Notes under the pieces: model-generated
The model's database searches: none
The model's input: the letters and a program-made list of their open reading frames with translations, nothing else
Told to the model about the DNA's origin: nothing
Translations under genes and position numbers: made by a program
Shown: one piece after another, positions 1-8,672 of the stretch
How the letters are laid out: every line of letters begins with the position of its first letter
How positions within the stretch are numbered: position 1 is the stretch's first letter
From: Acidimicrobiales bacterium
GTDB taxonomy: Bacteria > Actinomycetota > Acidimicrobiia > Acidimicrobiales > RAAP-2
Assembly (NCBI GenBank): GCA_035503015.1
Contig: DATJTU010000118.1
Location: forward strand, 573 to 64,572
DNA: 64,000 bases
Reading direction: 5' to 3'

Positions 1-1
1 C

Positions 2-757
2 CGCGCGCTCACCCGCTGGGGCAGCCGGGGCTCGCTCGAAGAGGGTGGCGGGGCCGTGCTCTGCGCCGGCGGGAGCTGGATCCCCGTCGTGGCCAACGGC
101 GCCTACCGCTCCGACGACGGCCTCGAGCCCGCGTTGCTGCTGGCGCGGGCCGACGCGTTCTTCGGCTCCTTGGCCCGCGGCTACAGCGTGAAGGTGCGCA
201 GCGGCGGCGAGGACGAGGACCTGCGCGCCGCGTGCATCGAGGCCGGGCTCGACCCCTTCGGCGAGGGCACGCCCGAGATGATCTGCCGGGCGCCGCTCCC
301 CGCGGTGCCCACGCCCGAGGGCCTCTCGGTGCGCTGGATCGACGACGAAGACGGCGTTGCAGACTTCGTCGCCGTCAACGCACAGGCGTACGGGACCTAC
401 GGCATGCCCCCCGAGGTCCTGGGCGACCTCTTCGACAACACGGCGCAGCTGCTCCCCGACGACGACGCGCACATCGTGGTGGCGCGGCGCGACGGGGAGC
501 CCATCGCCACCGCCATGACGTTCGAGACCCTGGGTACGGCCAGCCTGCAGTGGGTCGGCACCGTGCCCACGGCGCGCACCGGCGGCCTCGGCGCGCTCGT
601 CACCACGCTGACGACCAACCTGGCCTTCGAGCGCGGCGCGACCTCCTGCACGCTGCAGGCCTCGCCGATGGGCGCGCCCCTCTACCGCGACCTCGGGTAC
701 GAGACGATCTGGCACTACGCCGAGTACGTGCGCTGGCCGCGGCCGCCGGCAGCCTGA
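2..757 (+). CDS. GNAT family N-acetyltransferase, 5' end probably outside the window
   Basis: The ORF track gives 56..757 (GTG at 56), but the frame stays open back to nt 2. The C-terminal half has the GNAT acetyl-CoA loop R-x-x-G-x-G/A (TARTGGLGALV) after the strand block HIVVARRDGEPIATAMT. Confidence 0.75.
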   Translation, partial: RALTRWGSRGSLEEGGGAVLCAGGSWIPVVANGAYRSDDGLEPALLLARADAFFGSLARGYSVKVRSGGEDEDLRAACIEAGLDPFGEGTPEMICRAPLPAVPTPEGLSVRWIDDEDGVADFVAVNAQAYGTYGMPPEVLGDLFDNTAQLLPDDDAHIVVARRDGEPIATAMTFETLGTASLQWVGTVPTARTGGLGALVTTLTTNLAFERGATSCTLQASPMGAPLYRDLGYETIWHYAEYVRWPRPPAA

Positions 758-790
758 GGCCCCCGTGGTCGCTGGCGCTGGCGCTGGCGT

Positions 791-1312
791 TCAGTCCCAG
801 TAGCCGAGCAACCCCCGCGCGTACGCGGCCTGCCCGGCGTGCTGGAGGCAGTCGTCCGCGACGCTCACCAGGCGGACGCCCATGGTGACCGGCGGGTCCC
901 AGCGGTCGTCCACGACGCGGTCGAGGTCTGCCGACCCGAGCTCCTCGAGCATGCTCGTCGTGCGCGCGGTCACCTCGCCCAGGTAGCCGAGGAGGACGCC
1001 GGGCCCGTCGGGCTGCACGGACTGGACGTCGGCCTCGCTGTGCCCGTAGCCGGTGTTGGCCGGGTCGGCGTCGAGGCCGCAGCGGGCGGCCCAGTCCCCC
1101 GTCACCCAGACCTGGTCCGTCCCGAGCAGCTCGGAGACGTGGTGGTCCTGCACCCGCGCCAGGTGCCAGACGAGCCAGCCGATGGTGTTGGCGCCCGGGC
1201 CGGGAGCCTCGTGGAGTTGGTCGGCGGACAGCCCGTCGACCGCCTGGGCGGACAGGGGCTCGATCCGCCCGTAGAGCTCGAGGAGCAAGGGGGCGACATC
1301 CATGGCCCGCAC
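791..1312 (-). CDS. DinB-family (DinB_2-like) metal-dependent protein
   Basis: 173-aa ORF with His-rich helical blocks typical of the DinB four-helix bundle (WLVWHLARVQDHH, CLQHAGQAAY). The translation is protein-like, unlike the overlapping Arg-rich frames. Confidence 0.7.
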   Translation of the reverse strand: MRAMDVAPLLLELYGRIEPLSAQAVDGLSADQLHEAPGPGANTIGWLVWHLARVQDHHVSELLGTDQVWVTGDWAARCGLDADPANTGYGHSEADVQSVQPDGPGVLLGYLGEVTARTTSMLEELGSADLDRVVDDRWDPPVTMGVRLVSVADDCLQHAGQAAYARGLLGYWD

Positions 1313-1358
1313 CTTAGGGACGGCCGGCGCGCGGTGCGACGGCGAGGGCGACGCCGGG

Positions 1359-2141
1359 TCAGATCCCTCCGGTCGCCAGCTCCGGCCCGGAGACCTCGGG
1401 TGCCTGGATGTCGTAGCGGGTCACCGCCGTGTAGGCGACGAGCACGACCACGACGCTGGTCAAGAGCAGTGCCGTCTGCCAGTCGCCGAAGCCCAGGCCG
1501 CTGATGTCCTTGTCCTTGGAGAGGTAGTCGGCGAACGACGCGCCCACCGGCCGCGTGATCACGTAGGCGAACCAGAAGGAGAAGATGGCGTTCCAGCCGA
1601 GGAACTTCCAGCCGACGAGCGGGATCAAGATGACCCCGCAGTAGAGGAAGGCCGACGCGAGGTAGCCCAGCCCGACCGTCGTGGCGGTGAAGTCGCCGAC
1701 GGCGGTGCCCAGGCAGAAGGTGGCGAAGACCACCGCCCAGTAGTACTTCTCGCGCCGGTTCGTGGTGATGGAGTGGATGTCGAGCGTGTGCTCGCTCCGG
1801 TTCCACAGGTAGAAGACGATGGCCAGCACGACGAGCCAGAAGATCGTCGTCACCGTGTAGGGCAACCCGAAGACCAGGTGCATGGTGTCGGCGACGCCGG
1901 TGCCGGCCGTCGCGATGGCCAGGGCGAGGAACCAGTACTGGACGGCCGAGTACCTACGCGTGGCGAACTGCAGGACCAGCGCAACGGCGAAGAAGGAGAC
2001 CTCGACGACCACGCCGAGCTCCTTGTTGTTCACGAACATGTCCGAGATCGCTTCGCCGGCCGCGGTCGTCGAGATCTTGATGACCCAGAAGAGCGCCGTG
2101 ACTTCGGGCACCTTCGCCGCGAGCGGCTGCTGGTTGAACAC
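1359..2141 (-). CDS. Multi-pass membrane protein (COG4705-like)
   Basis: Several hydrophobic helices, and an N-terminal block KVPEVTALFWVIKISTTAAGE. The start is uncertain: GTG at 2141 or 2159, or ATG at 2258. The region upstream of 2141 is Arg-rich. Confidence 0.6.
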   Translation of the reverse strand: MFNQQPLAAKVPEVTALFWVIKISTTAAGEAISDMFVNNKELGVVVEVSFFAVALVLQFATRRYSAVQYWFLALAIATAGTGVADTMHLVFGLPYTVTTIFWLVVLAIVFYLWNRSEHTLDIHSITTNRREKYYWAVVFATFCLGTAVGDFTATTVGLGYLASAFLYCGVILIPLVGWKFLGWNAIFSFWFAYVITRPVGASFADYLSKDKDISGLGFGDWQTALLLTSVVVVLVAYTAVTRYDIQAPEVSGPELATGGI

Positions 2142-2379
2142 GCGGAGCAAAGCACGCACCGGCTGTCTGATCTCCTTCTCTGTGGGCCCGCCGGCCAGTC
2201 GGAGACGGCGTCGCGGCACATGGTACCGAGGCGCGCCCACCCGCCCGGGGCGGCGCACGAGGCACGTTCGTGCAGGTGGGACGGCGAATCGCGGCCAATT
2301 CGTCCGACTTCAGGATGAGACGCTCGGGCGCGATTTCATCCTTGAGTCGAGCGAGCACGGCGCGCCCCTGCGAACCCGG

Positions 2380-3441
2380 TCAGCGCACGTCCACCCGGAC
2401 ACCGCCGCTCGCGGCCGAGCGGTAGGCGGCGTCGACGAGGCGGTGCGCCTGCAGCGCCACCTCGAGCCCCGGCGCGGCCGCCCGGCTGCCGGCGACCGCG
2501 TCGACGAACGCCCGGTCCGCCTCGACGTAGGCCCGCAGGGCGAGGCCCACCTCGTCGTCCGCCAAGGGGAGCTCGTCGACCCACGGCGGCGACGCGCACA
2601 GCCGCACCTCGGTCCCCGCGCTCGTCTGGATGTGCAGCGGGCCCCGGAACTCGTCGTCGAGCCACACCATGGCGTCGCGGCAGAAGAGCTCGATGCGCCG
2701 CGTCGACCCGCGGCTCAAGATGTCGTGCCAGACGCTGGCCAGGTGGGCCTCGAGCCCGGAGGCGAACGTGAGCGAGACGGACGCGACGTCCTCGATGCCC
2801 GGGTGTCCCGCGTGGTTGGCGGTCCGGGCCACCAGAGACACGACGTCGCCGAAGCAGAAGGAGAGGATGTCGACGTCGTGGATCGAGTGCTCGATGAGGC
2901 ACCCGCCACCGGCCTGTTCGACGTCGGCCCGCCACTCCGAGGCGTAGGTGCCGCGGATCGGGAAGTACTGGTCGTCGCGGAACACCACGGTCATCGGCGC
3001 GCCGAGCGACCCCTCCTCCACCAGCGAGCGGAGCTCCCGGAAGACCGGCGCGCTCCGGAGCACCAGCCCGCACTGGCTGGCGACGCCCGCCGTGGCCGCG
3101 GCGTCGACCAAAGATTGCGCCCGCGGCAGATCGCGGTCGAGCGGCTTCTCGCAGAAGAGCGCGATGCCCGCGGCGAGCGCCTCGTCGACCGCGGCGCGGT
3201 GGGCGGCCGTCGGCGTGCAGACGTAGAGGGCATCGCAGTGCCGTGCGACCTCGGCGGCATCGCTGTAGACGGCGACGTCGGGACCGCCGACGGCGTCGGC
3301 GAACGCGCGGGCACGTCGCTCGAGCTGGTCGTGGACGGCCACGATCGACGCATCGAGCATGCCGCCGTCGATCATCGCCTTGATGCCGAGCGCGTGCGCC
3401 CACGCGATGAGACCCGCGCCGACGAACCCGATGCGCACCAT
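2380..3441 (-). CDS. Gfo/Idh/MocA family NAD(P)-dependent oxidoreductase
   Basis: N-terminal Rossmann motif MVRIGFVGAGLIAWAH, a conserved EKPL block (LFCEKPLDRD), and a C-terminal alpha/beta domain of the right length (353 aa). Confidence 0.85.
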   Translation of the reverse strand: MVRIGFVGAGLIAWAHALGIKAMIDGGMLDASIVAVHDQLERRARAFADAVGGPDVAVYSDAAEVARHCDALYVCTPTAAHRAAVDEALAAGIALFCEKPLDRDLPRAQSLVDAAATAGVASQCGLVLRSAPVFRELRSLVEEGSLGAPMTVVFRDDQYFPIRGTYASEWRADVEQAGGGCLIEHSIHDVDILSFCFGDVVSLVARTANHAGHPGIEDVASVSLTFASGLEAHLASVWHDILSRGSTRRIELFCRDAMVWLDDEFRGPLHIQTSAGTEVRLCASPPWVDELPLADDEVGLALRAYVEADRAFVDAVAGSRAAAPGLEVALQAHRLVDAAYRSAASGGVRVDVR

Positions 3442-3525
3442 GCCCCGACGATACTGGCCGGGTCCCGACTACTCCGGCGCCAACACGTCGGGACTGTGGC
3501 GCGCCGTCTGCGCGTGAGCAGCCGG

Positions 3526-4197
3526 TCAGGCGGTTGCGCGGCCGTGGTCGCCCCGGCCGAGCGCGTCCATGAAGCGCGCCGCGACCATGGCGAGCAACGC
3601 GATCTCGCGGCGCTCGCGGCGCCGCAACGGCGTCGCCCTCCCGCCGCACACGGTGACGGCGGCCTCGGGCAGCGGCTCGACGAAGACGCCTGAACCCGTC
3701 GTGTCGTTGGCCGGGTCGGTGCCGCTGCGCGCGCCGTGCGCGAAGGCGGCGACCCAGCGCGCCGGCGGCACGTCGCCGTGCACCTCGCTGAAGCGCTCGA
3801 GGCTGTTGTCCGCCACCGCGAGCCACGACAAGCCGAACAGCGAGATGAGATTCCCCGTCAGCGCCGTCATCGCCGCGGACGGGATGGCGGCCTGCAGGAT
3901 CGCCGCTGCAGCAGCCAGCACCGTGTCTTCGCGGTCGAGCGCCGCAGCGTCGAGCTTGGTGACCTCCTCGATGCCGACTCCCGGCACCGACCTCACGCCC
4001 CGGCACAGCGCCTCGACGCTGCCGTCAACGTCGGGCAGCTCGACCACCAGCTCGTCGATGGCCACCCCGGACTCGCGCTCGAGCACTTCGAGGCCGATGA
4101 CATTGCCCTGGACGGCGCCGATGGCGGCCGCGACCGAGCCGAGGACGCCGGGGGCGTCGGGCAGCCAGATGCGCACGCGGGTCAGCAGCGCGGTCAC
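3526..4197 (-). CDS. ACT-domain protein with an uncharacterised C-terminal domain
   Basis: The GTG start at 4195-4197 overlaps the upstream TGA at 4194-4196 (GTGA). The N-terminus RIWLPDAPGVLGSVAAAIGAVQGNVIGLEVL fits the ACT beta-alpha-beta pattern. This is the last gene of the ATP-grasp operon. Confidence 0.6.
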   Translation of the reverse strand: MTALLTRVRIWLPDAPGVLGSVAAAIGAVQGNVIGLEVLERESGVAIDELVVELPDVDGSVEALCRGVRSVPGVGIEEVTKLDAAALDREDTVLAAAAAILQAAIPSAAMTALTGNLISLFGLSWLAVADNSLERFSEVHGDVPPARWVAAFAHGARSGTDPANDTTGSGVFVEPLPEAAVTVCGGRATPLRRRERREIALLAMVAARFMDALGRGDHGRATA

Positions 4198-5036
4198 TGC
4201 GTCCTCGTCATGCGCACCAGCACCCGCATGGTGTTCTCTGCGTTGCCGGCGTAGATCCCCTTGACCGGCGGCACGTCGGCATAGTCGCGTCCGCGGCCGA
4301 CGGCGACGTGCCGCGGGCCGACCGAGCAATCGTTGGTCGGGTCGTAGCCCCACCACGAACCGGTCCAGAACTCGACCCAGGCGTGGCTCTGGGCCGTGAT
4401 CTCCTCGCCGAGGGCCGCATCGCCGTCGGGATGGAAATAGCCCGAGACGTAGCGCGAGGGCAGTCCCGCCGTGCGCGCCAGCGACAGGCAGAGGTGGGCG
4501 AAGTCCTGGCACACGCCGCCGCCGTCCGCGAACGCGTCGTTGGCGGACGTGTGGACCGTCGTCACCCCCTTTTCGTAGCGCAGCGACGTGTGAGCAGCCT
4601 CCACCACATGTCGGGCCGTCTGCAGCGGGCGTGCCGTTCGCAGCCGTGACGCCAGCTCCGCGAGCTCCACTCCCGGACTCGTGTAGAGGTTGTGCGAGAG
4701 GTAGTCGGCCATCGTCGCCGCCGCGTCCGTGACGTCCGCCCACGAACAGTCGGGCGGGTCGCCGGCGTCGTGCGTGTCGACCAGCGCGTTCCCCGTGATG
4801 GAGAGCGAGTCGTGATTGCGGTCGACGTTGAATGCGACGACGTGCGTGCCCCAGTAATCGAGGTAGGAGTACTGCGGCGCCGGGGGCACGGTGACGATGC
4901 GGGCCTCGAGCGCCGTCTGGCGCACCTCGGTGCGCGGGACGAGGCGCAGCTCGTTGTACGACGCGCGTGCGGGCGCGCCGTACTCGAAGCGCGTTTCGTG
5001 GGAGACCCGCAGCCGCCACTGGTCGGCGCGGTTCAC
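4194..5036 (-). CDS. Transglutaminase-like cysteine protease family protein (COG1305)
   Basis: Catalytic-core context GGGVCQDFAHLCLSLARTAGLPSRYVSGY ... SHAWVEFW ... WWGYDPTN (Cys/His/Asp). GTG at 5034-5036 overlaps the alpha-E stop at 5033-5035. An alternative ATG lies at 5057. Confidence 0.9.
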   Translation of the reverse strand: MNRADQWRLRVSHETRFEYGAPARASYNELRLVPRTEVRQTALEARIVTVPPAPQYSYLDYWGTHVVAFNVDRNHDSLSITGNALVDTHDAGDPPDCSWADVTDAAATMADYLSHNLYTSPGVELAELASRLRTARPLQTARHVVEAAHTSLRYEKGVTTVHTSANDAFADGGGVCQDFAHLCLSLARTAGLPSRYVSGYFHPDGDAALGEEITAQSHAWVEFWTGSWWGYDPTNDCSVGPRHVAVGRGRDYADVPPVKGIYAGNAENTMRVLVRMTRTQ

Positions 5037-5971
5037 TTTCCGGCCCCCTGCCGCCACTGGACCGGGAGGTCCTGCGCGAAATAGCGCCCCGTGACGGCGT
5101 CACTGACCGAGGAGATCGCCGTCTGCAGGCGCTCGAGCTTGGTGTCGAGGCTGCGCGCGAGTGACGCCGGAGCCGAGTACTCGAGCTCCGCGCGGGCGAG
5201 CCCGATCAGGGCACGGGCGTCGTCCCATCTGTCGTGGCCGCCGTTGATCTCGTCGAGGCAGTCCTCGGCGAGCGTCAACGATGCGAAGGCAGAACGAGGG
5301 AACAGCCGGTCGCGGAGCAAGAAGTCGAGCACCCGCCCCGGTTCGACCACGCCCTGGGACAGGCGCAGGTAGGGCTCGTAGCCGCCACAGGACCGCAGCA
5401 GCATGACCAGCCCGCTGTCGAATACCTCGTCGAAGGCAACCGTCGCAAGCTGCCGGGCGACCACGTCGGTCCGTTCCAGGCAGCGGCCGAGCGTGAAGAA
5501 CAGCCAGGTCTGGTCGCGGCTCATCATCGTGTCCGCCAGGCCCATCATGCCTGCGCACTGCGTCTTTACGAACGAGAGGTACAGGGCCGGCCCGGCCCGG
5601 CGTCCCGCTTCCCACTGGAGCGGGAGGGCGGCCCACGTCGCGTTGATGTGCTCCCAGAACTCGACCGGGACCACGTGGCGCACGGCGCGCGTGTTCTCCC
5701 GGGCCGCCGCGAGCGCGCCGGCGATAGACGACCGGCTCTTCGGATCGGTCGCCAGCCGTTCGGTCGCCTGGCGCAGCGTTTCGGTCCCGCTGTCGGGCAG
5801 TCCCATGACGGCCAGAAGCCTGCGCCCGGCCTGCGACCCCTCGACGTCGCTTTGCTCGAGCGCCTGGTAGACGGAGACGTCGAGGATGCGGGCGGTCCCC
5901 TCTGCGCGCTCGACGTAGCGACCCACCCAGAAGATGGACTCGGCCACCCGGCTGAGCAGAGCGCGCGTCAC
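5033..5971 (-). CDS. Alpha-E domain protein (COG2307)
   Basis: N-terminal signature LLSRVAESIFWVGRYVERAEGTARILDV. GTG at 5969-5971 overlaps the ATP-grasp stop at 5968-5970. The upstream part of ORF 5033..6217 is Arg/Ala-rich and overlaps the ATP-grasp gene. Confidence 0.85.
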   Translation of the reverse strand: MTRALLSRVAESIFWVGRYVERAEGTARILDVSVYQALEQSDVEGSQAGRRLLAVMGLPDSGTETLRQATERLATDPKSRSSIAGALAAARENTRAVRHVVPVEFWEHINATWAALPLQWEAGRRAGPALYLSFVKTQCAGMMGLADTMMSRDQTWLFFTLGRCLERTDVVARQLATVAFDEVFDSGLVMLLRSCGGYEPYLRLSQGVVEPGRVLDFLLRDRLFPRSAFASLTLAEDCLDEINGGHDRWDDARALIGLARAELEYSAPASLARSLDTKLERLQTAISSVSDAVTGRYFAQDLPVQWRQGAGK

Positions 5972-7599
5972 CGGAGCAGACGTTCCTGTTGTTGCTGTTG
6001 CTGTTGCTGTTGCACGCCGAGCTCTTCCTCTTCGAGGGGCCCGACGTCCTGTGGACGCGCCGCTGCGGGCGCCGTCATCTGACGAGGCGGCAGCACCGGC
6101 CCGGGCGGGCCGCCACCGGTCACCCAGGTGTCCTTGGAGCCGCCCCCCTGGCTCGAGTTGACGACGAGGCCGCCCTCGTCGAGCGCGACACGCGTCAGGC
6201 CACCGGGCAGAACCCACACGTCCTCACCGTCGTTGACGGCAAACGGCCGAAGGTCGACGTGGCGCCTGACCATGGCTTCGTCGACCCACGTCGGGGAGGT
6301 GGACAGCGCGACGAGGCGCTGGGCGATCCAGCGACGGGGGTCGGCCTCGACCTCGTGCGCCAGCGTGTCGAGCTCGCGTCCCGTCGCTTTCGCGCCGATG
6401 ACCAAGCCCTTGCCGCCCGAGCCGTCGACGCGCTTGAACACGAGCTCGTCGCGGCGGGCGAGCGCGCGGGCCCGGATGCCAGCGTCGACGAGGTGCATCG
6501 TCTCGACGTTCTGCAGGATCGGGTCCTCACCCAGGTAGTAACGGATCATCGACGGCACGTAGGTGTAGACGAGCTTGTCGTCGGCGACCCCGTTGCCCAG
6601 CGCGTTCGCGATCGTGACGCGTCCAGCGCGTGCCGCGTTCACGATCCCCGGGCACCCCACGAGAGACTCCGGCCGGAATTGCAATGGGTCGAGATAGTCG
6701 TCATCCACTCGGCGGTAGATGACGTGGACGGGGACCTCCCCCTCGGTCGTCCGCAGGAAGACGTCCGTGCCGTGGCAGACGAGGTCGCGGCCCTCGACCA
6801 GGTGCACACCCATGAGACGCGCCAGCAGTGCGTGTTCGTAGAACGCGGAGTTGTGGACCCCGGGCGTCAGGACGACGACCGTCGGATCCTGAACCGATGC
6901 AGGGGCGGCGCAGCGCAGCGCGTTGATGAGCCGGGCGGGATAGTCGTTGACCATCTGCACCGGCTGGCCCCAGAACAGCTCGGGCAGCACGCGGGCGATA
7001 GCCGCCCGGTTGGCGAGCACATAGCTCACCCCCGAAGGGCTGCGGAGGTTGTCCTCGAGGACGCGAAACTCGCCCGCTTCGTCCCGCACCACGTCGATAC
7101 CGGCCACATGGATGCGAACCCCGTTCGGGGGTGTGTAGCCGTGCGCAGCACGGACGAACCCCGGGGAACTGGTGACGAGCTCGTGGGGCACCAGGCCATC
7201 GCTCACGATCCGGGCGGAGCCGTAGACGTCGGCCAAGAACTTCTCGAGTGCCCGCACCCGCTGGGCGACGCCATCGGACACCTGGGTCCACTCGTCCGCT
7301 GTGAAGATCCTTGGAACGACGTCGAGAGGAAAGGGCCGCTCCTCCCCGTCGAGGTCGAACGTGACACCCTGGTCCATGAAAGCCCGGGCCAGGCGCGATG
7401 CGCGCGACGACACGTCGTCGGGGCCCATTTGGGCCAGCGACGTCGCAACCCCCGCGTACGGGAGCCGCGCCACACCGCCACCGCCGACCATCTCGTCGAA
7501 GGCAACCTCGCTCAGGCCGTGGGCGGACTCGCCGTACCCGTCAAAGAGATCTCCCATCACAACGAAGGCTCTCAGTGCTGTGTTTCGCCGCCGTTTCAC
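5968..7599 (-). CDS. Circularly permuted type-2 ATP-grasp protein (COG2308) with a C-terminal poly-Gln tail
   Basis: 543-aa ORF. Its position upstream of alpha-E and transglutaminase genes matches the conserved three-gene neighbourhood. The start is uncertain (GTG 7599 or ATG 7557). The tail reads EEEELGVQQQQQQQQQERLLR. Confidence 0.8.
   Translation of the reverse strand: MKRRRNTALRAFVVMGDLFDGYGESAHGLSEVAFDEMVGGGGVARLPYAGVATSLAQMGPDDVSSRASRLARAFMDQGVTFDLDGEERPFPLDVVPRIFTADEWTQVSDGVAQRVRALEKFLADVYGSARIVSDGLVPHELVTSSPGFVRAAHGYTPPNGVRIHVAGIDVVRDEAGEFRVLEDNLRSPSGVSYVLANRAAIARVLPELFWGQPVQMVNDYPARLINALRCAAPASVQDPTVVVLTPGVHNSAFYEHALLARLMGVHLVEGRDLVCHGTDVFLRTTEGEVPVHVIYRRVDDDYLDPLQFRPESLVGCPGIVNAARAGRVTIANALGNGVADDKLVYTYVPSMIRYYLGEDPILQNVETMHLVDAGIRARALARRDELVFKRVDGSGGKGLVIGAKATGRELDTLAHEVEADPRRWIAQRLVALSTSPTWVDEAMVRRHVDLRPFAVNDGEDVWVLPGGLTRVALDEGGLVVNSSQGGGSKDTWVTGGGPPGPVLPPRQMTAPAAARPQDVGPLEEEELGVQQQQQQQQQERLLR
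5986..6012 (-). repeat. Hexanucleotide microsatellite (CAACAG)n encoding nine Gln
   Basis: The plus strand reads ctg ttg ttg ctg ttg ctg ttg ctg ttg in the codon frame of the ATP-grasp gene. Five of the nine codons are A-ending CAA, in an otherwise G/C-ending coding region. Confidence 0.9.
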
Positions 7600-7673
7600 G
7601 ACCGCGAACAGCCCGTGACGAGTGGCGCCCCGGGATCACCGGGGTGCCTCGAGCTCCGGCCGCTCGGCTGCGG

Positions 7674-8573
7674 TCAGGACGATGCGGCGCCGGCACCACC
7701 ACCGCCCGGCAGTGCCACGTGCCACACCTGGGCGATGGCGGCGTTGGCGACCCGGATGCGCTCGTCCACCACGACGACGCCCGTCGCCTCGAGCAGTCCC
7801 CTCCCGGTGAGGGCGGTGTGGTAGTGGATGGCCGAGGGGGCGTCGAGGCCGTCGGGAAAACGCTTCGGGTTCTTCTGCGACGGGAAGTTCCATCGGATGC
7901 CCAACGAGTGCGCGCCGATGCCCTCGTCGGCCAGCGCGAGCGTCATGGCGGTCTGGTCGACGAAAGTCGACCACTGCCCGAGCAGGTCGAGATGCTCGAG
8001 CAGCCAGCGCGCCCAGCGCGACCAGCCGCGGGCGACGTTCGCCAGGATGCCGCCCGGAACGAGGTACAGGCCGCCGTTGGCGTGGCCGCGTGCGGTCGAC
8101 ACGCCGGGCACCAGATCGAGCTCGACCACGCCCGGCACGGCGACCCCGGCCGCGTCGAACACCAGCTGTAGCACCTCGAGCGGTGGGTTCCCCGATCCCA
8201 CCACGCGCAGGCCGACGGCTCCGGCCTCCAGACGGACCCGGCGCGGGTCGTCGAGAAAGGCCACGTCGGTGTCGGTCAGGACGGCGAGCCCGTCCACGCC
8301 GCGCGCGGCAAGGGCGAGCGCCCCCGAAATCTTGTTGCAGTGCGGGGACCTGGCGTCGAACGCAGCGACGTCGAGCACCGCCACGCCCTCCGAGCGTAAG
8401 AAGCCCAGGACGTCCGAGTCGGTGCCGTCGACGGCGCAGACCACCATGTCCTTCGGGTCGACCCCGACGATGCGGTGCAACGTCGCGTACCAGCGCAGCG
8501 CGTCGAGGTGGAATCGCCGGTCGCCGTCGACCACGCACGAGAAGACGCCGAGACTCTGGGGTGTCATCGACAC
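7674..8573 (-). CDS. Hypothetical protein, possible nucleotide-diphospho-sugar (GT-A-like) transferase
   Basis: 299-aa ORF with protein-like composition and a DxD-type motif in a beta-strand context (LAVLTDTDVAFLDDP). I could not recognise a firm family. Confidence 0.45.
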   Translation of the reverse strand: MSMTPQSLGVFSCVVDGDRRFHLDALRWYATLHRIVGVDPKDMVVCAVDGTDSDVLGFLRSEGVAVLDVAAFDARSPHCNKISGALALAARGVDGLAVLTDTDVAFLDDPRRVRLEAGAVGLRVVGSGNPPLEVLQLVFDAAGVAVPGVVELDLVPGVSTARGHANGGLYLVPGGILANVARGWSRWARWLLEHLDLLGQWSTFVDQTAMTLALADEGIGAHSLGIRWNFPSQKNPKRFPDGLDAPSAIHYHTALTGRGLLEATGVVVVDERIRVANAAIAQVWHVALPGGGGAGAASS

Positions 8574-8672
8574 CGGGCGATGGTAACCAGGGGCCCGCCG
8601 GACAGGCCACGGGACCGGTGCCGGCGAGCGGTCCTGGTCACCGCCAGTTCACGCAGCCGTCACCGGCCCGCC

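Noticed and set aside
1882-3693. 603-aa plus-strand ORF antisense to the oxidoreductase and membrane-protein genes.
   Set aside because: The translation is dominated by Arg/Ala/Gly/Pro/Asp runs typical of off-frame or antisense reading of GC-rich coding DNA. It overlaps two genes with clear family motifs.
2336-4006. 556-aa minus-strand ORF in an alternative frame over the oxidoreductase and ACT genes.
   Set aside because: The sequence is extremely Arg/Gly/Pro-rich with no recognisable motif. The same DNA encodes well-supported proteins in another frame.
5989-7824. 611-aa plus-strand ORF antisense to the ATP-grasp gene.
   Set aside because: Low-complexity Arg/Asp/Val/Gly composition. The opposite strand encodes the conserved COG2308-type protein with operon context.
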